This document shows positions 1 through 9,053 of a stretch of 64,000 nt of DNA, piece by piece; the first letter of the stretch is position 1, and every line of letters begins with the position of its first letter. A program made the position numbers and the translations under genes. The stretch is taken from positions 15,276 to 79,275 of the forward strand of contig JAHJOG010000032.1 of the NCBI GenBank assembly GCA_018820395.1, in the 5' to 3' direction. The notes under the pieces are model-generated. The model was given only the letters and a program-made list of their open reading frames with translations, was not told the origin of the DNA and made no database searches. This DNA is from Gammaproteobacteria bacterium (GTDB lineage Bacteria; Pseudomonadota; Gammaproteobacteria; Burkholderiales; Burkholderiaceae_C).

Positions 1-1
1 G

Positions 2-553
2 ATGGCCAACGACGATGGCATCTGCGCTCACCCCTATCTGGCATCCAAATGTGTGAGGCCTTTTGGGCTGCGCGTCGACGCCGAGAACAGGCTCCTCATT
101 CGGGTGCACGATGAGAGCGACCTCCTCTGCAATCTGCAAGTGATCCAGCCCGACGGCGTGAAGCGATTCCTTCGGGGCGGCCGCATCAAGGGCTGTTCTC
201 ACTGGATCGGTGGGCCGGCGAGCAGCGTGATTGTGTGCGAGGGCTGGGCCACAGGCGCCAGTATTCATGCTGCAATAGGCCGAAGCGTGGTAGTCGCCTT
301 CTACGCGGGCAACCTGGTTCACGTTGCGGTGGCGCTCAGGCGGCGGTACCCGGACATATCCATCACCATCGCGGCCGATGACGACTGGAGGACCCCGGGC
401 AACCCGGGCGTCACCGCCGCTACCCGGGCGGCCACGGCAGCGGGTGGTCTGATGTGCGTGCCTAACTTCTTTGGGCTTCCGCGCGGTGACAAGGACACAG
501 ATTTCAACGACCTTCAGCGTCTAGTCAGCCGCTCACGAGAGGCACTCGCATGA
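2..553 (+). CDS. Toprim-domain primase-like protein, C-terminal part (true 5' end probably upstream of the window)
   Basis: The ORF is open from the window edge. 'VIVCEGWATGASIHAA...ISITIAADDDWRTPGNPG...DTDFNDL' matches the Toprim acidic pattern (E ... DxD) of P4/plasmid-type primases. Its stop overlaps the next start (ATGA at 550-553). Confidence 0.7.
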   Translation: MANDDGICAHPYLASKCVRPFGLRVDAENRLLIRVHDESDLLCNLQVIQPDGVKRFLRGGRIKGCSHWIGGPASSVIVCEGWATGASIHAAIGRSVVVAFYAGNLVHVAVALRRRYPDISITIAADDDWRTPGNPGVTAATRAATAAGGLMCVPNFFGLPRGDKDTDFNDLQRLVSRSREALA

Positions 554-2100
554 TGGACTCGCTCGATGTGATCACGGCTGGTATCGAGGCAGCTGAGCCG
601 CCGTCGCGCTGGCCTGAGCCACGTGAGATCAAGGCCGATCTGCCGCCAGCGCCGCCGTTCGAGGCCAAAGTTCTGCTGCCGGAGATCTTAGCCAGCTTCG
701 TCTTGGACGAAGCCGACCGGATGCCCTGCCCCCCGGACTACGTGGCGGCAGCGCTGATGGTGGCCGCTGGATCCGTGATAGGCACGCGATGCGCGCTCAA
801 GCCAAAGCGGCGGGACGACTGGGTGGTGACGCCAAACCTGTTCGGTGCCTGCGTCGGCGACCCCTCGGCCAAAAAAACACCCGCGATCAAGGTGTCGATG
901 CGATTTCTCGATCGACTCGAAGCACAAGAGGCCAAACAACTCGCGGCTGCCACTAAGGTCCACGCGGCCGAAATGATCGCTTTCGAGGCCCGCCAAGCCG
1001 TTCTTCGCACCAAGATGAAGTCGGCAGTCCATGCGAGTAACAACCAGCAGATGCGCGACACGGTCACGGACATCCAAAATCTTGAGCCGCCGGAGGAGCC
1101 CCAACCCCGGCGCTTCAAATCGAACGACGCAACCACTGAAAAACTGGGCGACCTGCTAGTGCACAACACAGCCGGCCTGCTGGTATTTCGCGACGAACTG
1201 ATGGGGTTGCTCTCGAGCTGGGAGAAAGAAAGCCGCGAAGGCGATCGCGCTTTCTACCTCGAAGGCTGGAACGGCACCAGCAGCTTCAACATCGATCGCA
1301 TCGGTCGTGGCAGTCTGCGCATCAAAACTCTCTGTCTGTCTGTGTTCGGCGGCATTCAGCCGGACTTACTGGCGCAGTACTTGAGTGGCATTGCGACTTC
1401 CTTGGACAACGACGGCCGCATCCAGCGCTTCCAAGTAATGGTCTTTCCCGAAGCAGTGCCTTGGGAATGGCGCGACCGCGTGCCCACAAGGGGATCACGC
1501 GAGGCGATGCGGGCGATGTTTGACCGCCTCGCAGCGTTCGATCCCTTGCAAGACGGCGCTGAACCAGCGGATGACTTCGTGAAGTTAGCGCATTTCCAGT
1601 TTGACGACGAAGCACAGGAGCTCTTTATCGAGTGGTGCGGCGAACTTCACCGGGAACGGATCGCGAACGAGACTAACCCTTTGATGAAGCAGCATCTGGG
1701 CAAGTTCGAAAAGCTGTTCTGCGCGATGTCGCTGATCCTCCACCTGGCGGAAGGACGGCTCGGACCTGTCAATGTTGCAAGCGCAATGCGTGCCGCCGCT
1801 TGGTGCCAGTACCTGGAGGGGCATGCACGCCGCATCTACGCCCTCGTAGAAACTGCAAAGATCTCAACGGCGCGCACGCTTGGTCGAAGGCTGCGCGAAG
1901 GCAAGCTACAGGATGGATTTACAGCACGCGATGTCGTGCGAAAGGGCTGGACCGGCATCGCGTCCACATTGCAGGCGGAGGCTGCGCTGGCGGTGCTTGA
2001 AGACTTCGGTTGGGTTTCCGCGCTGGACGAGGAGGAACAACCGGGCCGTCCGACGACGCGCTACGTCATCAACCCGTCGATCCGAAAGGTTGCAACGTGA
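550..2100 (+). CDS. DUF3987 (YfjI-like) protein of P4-like integrative elements
   Basis: 516 aa. 'FYLEGWNGTSSFNIDRIGRGSLRIKTLCLSVFGGIQPD' and the overall layout are typical of DUF3987 proteins, which follow the primase in P4-like islands. Translationally coupled to the Toprim ORF. Confidence 0.75.
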   Translation: MMDSLDVITAGIEAAEPPSRWPEPREIKADLPPAPPFEAKVLLPEILASFVLDEADRMPCPPDYVAAALMVAAGSVIGTRCALKPKRRDDWVVTPNLFGACVGDPSAKKTPAIKVSMRFLDRLEAQEAKQLAAATKVHAAEMIAFEARQAVLRTKMKSAVHASNNQQMRDTVTDIQNLEPPEEPQPRRFKSNDATTEKLGDLLVHNTAGLLVFRDELMGLLSSWEKESREGDRAFYLEGWNGTSSFNIDRIGRGSLRIKTLCLSVFGGIQPDLLAQYLSGIATSLDNDGRIQRFQVMVFPEAVPWEWRDRVPTRGSREAMRAMFDRLAAFDPLQDGAEPADDFVKLAHFQFDDEAQELFIEWCGELHRERIANETNPLMKQHLGKFEKLFCAMSLILHLAEGRLGPVNVASAMRAAAWCQYLEGHARRIYALVETAKISTARTLGRRLREGKLQDGFTARDVVRKGWTGIASTLQAEAALAVLEDFGWVSALDEEEQPGRPTTRYVINPSIRKVAT

Positions 2101-2699
2101 TTGATTGGACAGCCAGAGCGCGAGCCTCGGTCCCCGAATCAAGTAGCCAGCCTGCCGACAAAACCGACAAAACCCCGCCGAGGCCGGCGCCGACAGTCGC
2201 TGCTGCGGGCTCATCGACGTCATCCATGCCGGTTTCGTCGGTTTCGTCGGTTGCGCTCACGGCATTTCCTAAATACACGCCAAACGGCGCGAACGATCCA
2301 GACTGCACACTGCACTGGTTACGCGAGTTCATCGGTGATGACATCGTTCCCGTTGACGTGGTGTTGGGGGCAGCACGGTCGCGCGGGCGCAGCCTCTTCC
2401 TGGTTGAACGACTCGCCATGGACTGGCTGGTCGAGCAGCGCAGCATGAGAAAGAGGTATTGGAAGCTTCTTCGCCGTGGCCCCGCCGGCACGCTACGAGT
2501 GCCTCAAGCGCCAGACCTGGACGAACTCTGTACTTGCCGAGCGCAGGCCGATAGCAACGAAGGCCTACCTCTGCCGAACGCGACGCGACCTGCTTCGCAT
2601 GAGAACCTGCTGGCCGGTGACTCAAGCGTCTTCGCGCATGCAAATTCTTCCTTACACATGGATGAAAGATCTGAAGATGGCCCGACGAACTGGCATTGA
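2097..2699 (+). CDS. Hypothetical protein (weak call)
   Basis: GTG at 2097 overlaps the DUF3987 stop (GTGA). Low-complexity Pro/Ser-rich N-terminus, then 'CTLHWLREFIGDDIVPVDVVLGAARSRGRSLFLVERLAMDWL'. No recognisable domain. Confidence 0.3.
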   Translation: MIDWTARARASVPESSSQPADKTDKTPPRPAPTVAAAGSSTSSMPVSSVSSVALTAFPKYTPNGANDPDCTLHWLREFIGDDIVPVDVVLGAARSRGRSLFLVERLAMDWLVEQRSMRKRYWKLLRRGPAGTLRVPQAPDLDELCTCRAQADSNEGLPLPNATRPASHENLLAGDSSVFAHANSSLHMDERSEDGPTNWH

Positions 2700-3384
2700 T
2701 TGGCAGCGAATCGAGCGCGAGTACCGCCTCGGCACGTTGACCATTCAGGAGATCGCAGCTAACAACGGCGTCGCATACTCGGGGGTGCGACGGAAGGCAA
2801 AACTCGAGGGCTGGACGAGGGACCTCGCACATACTGTCATGATTGCGACAAAGCGCGCGCTGATCGAAGACGCCAAGAGCCGAGCCGAGCAACTCGGCGC
2901 GGATGTTGGCGCTGAGCTTGGCGGTAAATCGGCGCACGCCATGGAGGTCGCACTGAAGATGCAGGTCGCCGAAAACGTGGTGACAGTTCGCAGGCATCTC
3001 GAGAAGGCGGCCGCTAGCCAGACACTGGTCGACCTGATGAAGCACGAGCTCTTCATTCAGACCGCTGACCTCGATGCGCACATCAAGCTGGCAGAACTCC
3101 TCGACGACTCTGGCCCAGACGAACGCGGCAGCTGGAAGCATGACAAGCTGAACGAGATTTACCGAAGGGCAATCTCACTATCGAATCGCGCCGATACGTT
3201 GAAGAAACTGGTGGAGACCGAGTCGAAGATCAAAGACACCCAGCGTCAGGCACTGCGCCTCGACGCGGAGGCGGGGAACGAACGACCGCCTATCGAAACT
3301 GTGATCGACAATGTAAAGCGCAAGCTTGAGCTAATGCGGGTTTCGGGGCCGGCGTTCACGGGTAACACGATCACTAGTGAATGA
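2662..3384 (+). CDS. HTH-containing, phage terminase small-subunit-like / DNA-binding protein
   Basis: ATG at 2662 (alternative ATG at 2677). 'GIDWQRIEREYRLGTLTIQEIAANNGVAYSGVRRKAKLEGWTRD' is an HTH pattern seen in phage small terminase-like proteins. The C-terminal half is coiled-coil-like. Confidence 0.5.
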   Translation: MKDLKMARRTGIDWQRIEREYRLGTLTIQEIAANNGVAYSGVRRKAKLEGWTRDLAHTVMIATKRALIEDAKSRAEQLGADVGAELGGKSAHAMEVALKMQVAENVVTVRRHLEKAAASQTLVDLMKHELFIQTADLDAHIKLAELLDDSGPDERGSWKHDKLNEIYRRAISLSNRADTLKKLVETESKIKDTQRQALRLDAEAGNERPPIETVIDNVKRKLELMRVSGPAFTGNTITSE

Positions 3385-3706
3385 CACATCTGTTCTCGAG
3401 GCAGTCGCCGGATTTCGCTGCCCCACTACAAACCAACAGCGCATGCCGCTGATCGAGGCCTTCTGGCAGACGAGTGATCCGGACCATAGGTTTGCTCCGC
3501 ACGCCGAATCGTTCTTGGAGTCTGCTGAACGTGGCGGTCGCCTTCTCGGTAAAGCCATGCTTCTTGTCGAGCGCCTCTAGGCGACTGGCGGTGCTCCCTA
3601 TTGCGTCGCCGGTCAGCTCGGATGCTTCGCCGGCAGCGTCATGTAGTGCTGTGAATGCTCTGACGGCGCGTGAAAGCCGGATGGGGCGGCCTAGGCGGTT
3701 TTGCAT
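3374..3706 (-). CDS. Hypothetical protein (weak call)
   Basis: 110-aa ORF with no recognisable motif, in a region that also holds gene remnants. Confidence 0.25.
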   Translation of the reverse strand: MQNRLGRPIRLSRAVRAFTALHDAAGEASELTGDAIGSTASRLEALDKKHGFTEKATATFSRLQERFGVRSKPMVRITRLPEGLDQRHALLVCSGAAKSGDCLENRCVIH

Positions 3707-3952
3707 CGTGTGTCGTAAGCCGTGAGGTGCAGGTAGTATGCGAGGCTCTTAGGTCGGCGCCAAGACGCGTCGGTTACGGGGTCCTCTTTACAGATGATTG
3801 AGAATCGCCCAACGGGCAATCCGTCACGGGCTGGCGAGTTGCGCTCCTCGCCAGTAAGTTCCTGATCTCGATGTGGGATTCCCCCGCCCGCCAACGCTGA
3901 AACGGGGAAGGCGCCGAAGGACTATTACTCCGCCGGCCCGGTCGACGAGCAA

Positions 3953-4485
3953 CTACGCCAACACCCTCGGCACATCCGCCCACCGCCTGCTGTATCTGGC
4001 GTCTTAAGCGACTGCTTCATGCGCCAGCCACGCCGACCGTCCGACTGCCCTCTGCTCGCGAGCGCTACCGCACCGCGCCCAAAGCGATCGTTGAGCCGAT
4101 CCACGGTAGCCATCAGCGAGCCGCGGTCAGTCGCCTCGTCGTCGTGCGCAAGCTCGCCCCGCTGCACCGAGCCCGCTTGCAGGTCGAGCAGCATCACACC
4201 AGCTCTCAAGTAGTTGAAACCCGGCTTGAAGGCCGCCTTCACAGCCGCCACCGGCGCCTGCGCGATTAGCGCCGTGACGGCAGTCGGTCGCCGCAGCGGC
4301 ACCGTGATCTAGCGCGAGTATTGCTTGTCCTGCCGCTGGAACGGACTCGTTTGGATGAAGGCCAGCACCTGCGCCGTGTGGCTCCCCTGCGCCCGCAGCT
4401 TGTCCGCCGCACGAATTGCGAACTGGCTGACGGCCTCGACAAGCTCCTTAGCTATGTCACTGGTAGCCCGAAGCTGCGAGTGCCA
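3953..4485 (-). pseudogene. umuC: umuC (Y-family DNA polymerase V subunit) remnant: 5'-truncated, with an internal stop and a frameshift
   Basis: The reverse-strand translation reads '...IAKELVEAVSQFAIRAADKLRAQGSHTAQVLAFIQTSPFQRQDKQYSR*ITVPLRRPTAVTALIAQAPVAAVKAAFKPGFNYLRAGVMLLDLQ...LMATVDRLNDRFGRGAVALASRG...WRMKQSLKTP', collinear with the C-terminal ~180 aa of UmuC. There is an in-frame TAG at ~4308-4310. The expected C-terminus 'RYSRRWADVPRVLA*' is present in another frame (stop at 3953-3955). A TGA at 4486-4488 closes the frame upstream, and the polymerase core is absent. Confidence 0.8.
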
Positions 4486-4742
4486 TCAAGCTTCGAAACT
4501 TGGCTTTCCGGTCCTCGATTGAGATCGTTAGCCGACGCTCACCGGCGGCAAAAAGCCCGCGAGCAGCCAAGTATTCCCTCGGAACGGCACCTACAAGGGC
4601 CGCCGGCTCAAAAGTTCTGAACTACCCTACACACATTCGTTCACAACTGGCCACAGCGATGACTCCTGGGCCCGATCCATCAATGGAATTAGCCGCGCCA
4701 ACAAGGCGGAAAACTGCGAAACGTAACTCACAGGAGGGCTTC

Positions 4743-5114
4743 ATGACTCTGCAGACCGAAGGCACTGAACAGTTGGAGCAATCGCTGATCGACATCGCTG
4801 TCGAGAGCTGGCGCTTCTCGCGTCTGTTCGGCAAGGTGGTCAGCAAGCTCGACGCGGGCGAGTCAGGCCGCTACATCAACCAGCTTCGCTACTTCCAGAA
4901 GAAGGTCGAGGAGAACCTGGACTCGAACGGCCTGAAGCTGGTCAACGCCGAGGGGCAGCCCTATGACGCGGGGATGGCGGCATCCGCCTTGAACCTGGGC
5001 GACTTCGGCCCTGATGACGTGCTGCTCGTCGATCAGATGCTGGAGCCGATCATCATGGGGCCGAATGGTCTGCGCAAACAAGGCACTGTAATGCTCAGGA
5101 AGGTGGAAGCATGA
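4743..5114 (+). CDS. GrpE-like nucleotide-exchange-factor protein (short, beta-domain only)
   Basis: AGGAGG at 4732-4737, ATG at 4743, 123 aa. 'GLKLVNAEGQPYDAGMAASALNLGD...VLLVDQMLEPIIMGPNGLRKQGTVMLRK' resembles the GrpE C-terminal beta-domain. Its stop overlaps the Hsp70 start (ATGA at 5111-5114). Confidence 0.6.
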   Translation: MTLQTEGTEQLEQSLIDIAVESWRFSRLFGKVVSKLDAGESGRYINQLRYFQKKVEENLDSNGLKLVNAEGQPYDAGMAASALNLGDFGPDDVLLVDQMLEPIIMGPNGLRKQGTVMLRKVEA

Positions 5115-7603
5115 AATACGTCGGCATCGACCTCGGCACGACCAATAGCGCCATCTGCTCGTTCGACGGGGAGAGGATTCACCTCTACAAGAGTCCAGAA
5201 CAGCACGACGTCACTCCATCCGCGATCTTCATCGACCGGCGCGGAAACAAGTATGTCGGCTCGCGCGCCTACAACAATGCAGCGAAGAACCCCGACAACG
5301 CTGCGGTGCTATTCAAGCGGCTCATGGGCACGAGCACGCCCGTGAAGCTGCCTGCGGTCAACCTCATGATGACGCCGGAGGACTGTTCCGCCGAAGTCTT
5401 GCGCTCGCTCTTCGGCTACTTGCCGGAGGAAATTCGCGGCGATGGCGATACCGGCACGGTCATCACGGTTCCGGCCGCATTCAACCAGATGCAGAAGGAC
5501 TCGACGATGGCCGCCGCCGAAGCGGCTGGCCTCGGACGTGTCGCGTTAATGCAAGAGCCAGTGGCCGCCGTGATGAGCGTCATGCGCCAGCGCAAGAACG
5601 ATGGCGTCTTCGTTGTCTATGACCTGGGCGGCGGCACGCTCGACATCGCCATCGCCGAAAGCATCGCGGGCCGGGTGAACCTGCTCGCCCACGGCGGCAT
5701 TGCCATGTGCGGCGGACGTGACTTCGACCGCATCCTGTTCGACAACATCGTCAAGCCGTGGCTGATGGAGAACTTCGATCTGCCGGACGACTTGGCCGCG
5801 AATCCGCAGTTCAAGTCGCTGCTGAGGATGGCAACGTGGGCGGCGGAGAAGGCCAAGATCGAGTTGTCGCAGAAGGAAGAAACAGTCGTCAGCCTTCCCG
5901 AAACCGAGTTGGGCGTCCGAGATCAGGCCGGTGAGGAGATCTACATCGACATAACCATTGATCGCAAACGCTACGACGAGCTGATCGCGCCCAAGGTGGA
6001 AGAGTCCATCCAGTCCGCCCGCGAGACACTCGAAAAGGCCGGGTTGAGCCCGCACGACGTAGAGCGCGTCGTGTTCGTGGGCGGCCCCACGCACTACAAG
6101 CCGCTGCGCGACAAGGTCGCCTTTGAGCTTGGCGTCGCGCCGTCCACCGACGTGAACCCGATGACGGCGGTTGCCGAGGGTGCGGCAGTGTTTGCCGAAT
6201 CCATCGACTGGGCATCGCAAAGCCGTGGCCGCAAGAGCGCCCGTGGTGCGATCAGCGCCGGTGGCGCGCTCGACCTTTCGTTCAACTACATCGCGCGCAC
6301 GCCGGAACCGAGAGCCAAGTTCGTCGCCAAACTCGGCGGGCGCGCGCCTGCTGGCATCGAGTTCCAGATCGACAGTCTGGACACCGGTTGGTCATCGGGC
6401 CGCGTTGCGCTGAAGGATGGCGCAAGCGTCGAACTCAGCCTGACCAAACCCGGCGACAACACCTTCAAGGTGTTCGTGTTCGACTCGAATGGCGCGCCCG
6501 TGGGTTTGCACGAGGACAAGATTGTCATCGCGCGCACCGCCGCCAGCATCGACGCGATTCCCGCGTCTCACTCCATCGGCGTCGAAGCCCGCGACAAGGT
6601 TGGCGGGCGCTTGGTGCTGGACCACCTCATTCGCGAAGGCGACCAATTGCCCAAGAAGGGCAAGAAGTCCTTCAAAGCGGGCGAGTCGCTCAGGGCCGGA
6701 AGCGCCGGGTCGATCAAGTTCAAGCTGTGGGAAGGCGAAATCTCCGACCCCATCAACGACAACCGCTTCATCGGCATGTTCGAGATCAAGGGCACGGACT
6801 TCGACGAAGGCGTCATCGCTGCAGGCGCGGAGATGGTCTGCGAGTTCGAAGTACTCGACTCCGGCAACATCCAATTGGAAGTTTCGGTCCCGTCGATCAG
6901 CGGTTCATTCAAGAGCGGGCGCAACTACTACTCCAGCCAGGAAGGCAAGATCGACTACTCCAATCAGGCCAAGAATATTCAGGAGCAATCGGAACACACG
7001 CTGGAGCGTCTCGAAGAGATAGCATCCAAAGTGGATGACCCCCGTCTGGAACACGCCCGCGAGAAACTGGAGCAGGCCAGCGCTATTGAGTCGGGCGAGG
7101 CCGACCCGGAAACGGCGAAGCAGGCAATGGACAACGTGCAGGAAGCCAAGCGCCTGATGGCGCTGACACGCAAGGAGCACCTGAAGGACATTCGTCAGCT
7201 TGAGCTGGACAGAGCAGTCGATTTCTTCGAAAACACTGTGCGCCAGCACGCCCGCCCCACGGAGGCGTCGTCGTTCGACAACTTGGTCAAGACAGCTCAG
7301 CGCGCGCTCGAAAACAACAGCAGCGACTTCGAGTCGCACTTGGACGATCTGCGCGGCCGCAACTTCATGATCTTGTGGCGCCAGGACTGGTTCGTGATCG
7401 ATCACTTCAAACGCCTGGCTCAAGCGAGCTACCTTTTCTCTGACGCCAGAGAACATGCACAGCTAGTGGCGTTCGGAACCGAAGCCATCAAGGCCAACGA
7501 CATCGACAAGTTGCGCGCAGTGGTTGGCCAACTCATCTCGATTCAGGTGGGCTCTGCGGGTGACGACGACATGATGGCCGGTTCCAATATCGTTCGGAGT
7601 TGA
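5111..7603 (+). CDS. Hsp70-family ATPase, atypical 830-aa paralogue
   Basis: 'MKYVGIDLGTTNSAI' (phosphate 1), 'VYDLGGGTLDIAIAE' (phosphate 2) and 'VVFVGGPTHYKPLRDKV' (adenosine motif). An extra ~100-aa beta-rich insert lies between the NBD and the SBD-beta. The SBD-beta-like region reads 'SHSIGVEARDK...IKFKLWEGE...NRFIGMFEIKG...VCEFEVLDSGNIQLEV'. Long helical C-terminal tail. Confidence 0.9.
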   Translation: MKYVGIDLGTTNSAICSFDGERIHLYKSPEQHDVTPSAIFIDRRGNKYVGSRAYNNAAKNPDNAAVLFKRLMGTSTPVKLPAVNLMMTPEDCSAEVLRSLFGYLPEEIRGDGDTGTVITVPAAFNQMQKDSTMAAAEAAGLGRVALMQEPVAAVMSVMRQRKNDGVFVVYDLGGGTLDIAIAESIAGRVNLLAHGGIAMCGGRDFDRILFDNIVKPWLMENFDLPDDLAANPQFKSLLRMATWAAEKAKIELSQKEETVVSLPETELGVRDQAGEEIYIDITIDRKRYDELIAPKVEESIQSARETLEKAGLSPHDVERVVFVGGPTHYKPLRDKVAFELGVAPSTDVNPMTAVAEGAAVFAESIDWASQSRGRKSARGAISAGGALDLSFNYIARTPEPRAKFVAKLGGRAPAGIEFQIDSLDTGWSSGRVALKDGASVELSLTKPGDNTFKVFVFDSNGAPVGLHEDKIVIARTAASIDAIPASHSIGVEARDKVGGRLVLDHLIREGDQLPKKGKKSFKAGESLRAGSAGSIKFKLWEGEISDPINDNRFIGMFEIKGTDFDEGVIAAGAEMVCEFEVLDSGNIQLEVSVPSISGSFKSGRNYYSSQEGKIDYSNQAKNIQEQSEHTLERLEEIASKVDDPRLEHAREKLEQASAIESGEADPETAKQAMDNVQEAKRLMALTRKEHLKDIRQLELDRAVDFFENTVRQHARPTEASSFDNLVKTAQRALENNSSDFESHLDDLRGRNFMILWRQDWFVIDHFKRLAQASYLFSDAREHAQLVAFGTEAIKANDIDKLRAVVGQLISIQVGSAGDDDMMAGSNIVRS

Positions 7604-7607
7604 TCTC

Positions 7608-9047
7608 ATGGCCCTCGACGCATGGCTCCCCATTGGATTCAAGCTGCCAGACGGCGCGAAGGTTCGCGCCGCGCTGTACGAGGGCGTGGATTGGCAGATC
7701 TACGAAACAATGGGCGGTGGTCGTGCGCTGATTGCACAAGACACGCTCGCGCAGCATTGGCTGGATGCGGGTCTGATTGAAGATGGAACGCTAAACACCG
7801 CACAGTTCGGCGGCCACCAGTTCCGGTCGATCTCATGCGGGCCGAGCCAGACGCTTTGCCCTGTCAGCGAGGGGAAGTCTCCCGACAATAAATCCGAAGC
7901 GCTTTCCTTCGCCTTGGCGTTGAAGGCAACGCGCGACATCGACGCGGATTCCCCACTGCAAGATGCCCTATATGTCGAGAAGATCACCCGCTTGCTGCCC
8001 ACCTACAGCATCAGCTCCAGAACTGGCGACGACGTTGTGCTCGGCTACTGGCTGACGGGCGGCACGAACATCCCGGCCTCATCCTTTCGTCGGCTGCGTC
8101 AGTCCATGAGCTGGCTCGGTGGGGGCCATTTGAAGGATGTTGTGCAAGCGGCGGGCTTCGAAGTCGCAGAAGTCCTCCCGTTGGCGCGCAAGCCTGCGTC
8201 TCCTGCCGAAACAACGGAAGCTGCCCCCGCTGAGAAAGTGGAGCAAACCAAACGCGCCGAGGCGGAACCCAGCAAAGTTTTCGAACTCGCCGGGCGCCCT
8301 GAACTGGCGGCCTTCTTCAACGAGCACATCATCGACATCATCCTGCACCGCGACCGCTACAAGGCGCTCGGCATCGAGTTCCCGTCGGCGGTGATCCTGC
8401 ACGGCCCTCCGGGTTGCGGCAAAACCTTCGCGGTCGACCGGCTGTTGGACTTCCTCGGCTGGCCAAGCTTCCAGATCGACGCCTCCAGCGTCGCCAGCCC
8501 CTACATCCACGAGACCAGTAAGAAGGTTGCGCAGGTGTTCGACAAGGCGATGGAAAGCGCGCCGTCCGTCCTCGTGATCGACGAGATGGAAGCCTTCCTT
8601 GCCGACCGCGAGGTGGGTTCGGGTCATCACCGCGTCGAGGAAGTGGCCGAGTTCCTGCGCCGCATCCCCGAGGCGGTGAAGAGCGACGTGCTGATCATCG
8701 CCATGACCAACCGGATCGACATGATCGACCCGGCCATCCAGCGCCGAGGGCGTTTCGATCACGTCATCAAGGTGGATTTCGCCAGCGAGCTTGAAGTGCA
8801 GTCCCTGCTGGACAAGCTGCTCTCCTCCTTGCCGAAGGAATCGGACGTGGATGCCAAGGCGCTCGCGAAGGAGCTGGCTGGCAGGCCCTTGTCCGATGTT
8901 TCTTTTGTGGTGCGAGAAGGCGCGAGGCTGGCGGCGCGATCCGGCAAGGAAAAGCTGGATCAGTCCAGCCTGTTGTCCGCCCTACGTGCATCACCGGTGC
9001 GGGAGCGCGAGGGTGGCGAAACCAAACGGCGCATCGGATTCGTTTAA
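7608..9047 (+). CDS. Classic-clade AAA+ ATPase with an unknown ~230-aa N-terminal domain
   Basis: Walker A 'ILHGPPGCGKTF', Walker B 'VLVIDEMEAF' and SRH-like 'IIAMTNRIDMIDPAIQRRGRFDHVIKV'. Starts 4 nt after the Hsp70 stop. Confidence 0.85.
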   Translation: MALDAWLPIGFKLPDGAKVRAALYEGVDWQIYETMGGGRALIAQDTLAQHWLDAGLIEDGTLNTAQFGGHQFRSISCGPSQTLCPVSEGKSPDNKSEALSFALALKATRDIDADSPLQDALYVEKITRLLPTYSISSRTGDDVVLGYWLTGGTNIPASSFRRLRQSMSWLGGGHLKDVVQAAGFEVAEVLPLARKPASPAETTEAAPAEKVEQTKRAEAEPSKVFELAGRPELAAFFNEHIIDIILHRDRYKALGIEFPSAVILHGPPGCGKTFAVDRLLDFLGWPSFQIDASSVASPYIHETSKKVAQVFDKAMESAPSVLVIDEMEAFLADREVGSGHHRVEEVAEFLRRIPEAVKSDVLIIAMTNRIDMIDPAIQRRGRFDHVIKVDFASELEVQSLLDKLLSSLPKESDVDAKALAKELAGRPLSDVSFVVREGARLAARSGKEKLDQSSLLSALRASPVREREGGETKRRIGFV

Positions 9048-9053
9048 GGAGAG

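Noticed and set aside
3829-3852. 8-bp stem hairpin CTGGCGAG-N8-CTCGCCAG downstream of the umuC remnant
   Set aside because: No T-tract on either strand, and the adjacent gene is a pseudogene. Possibly a relic terminator, but it is not supportable as a functional feature.
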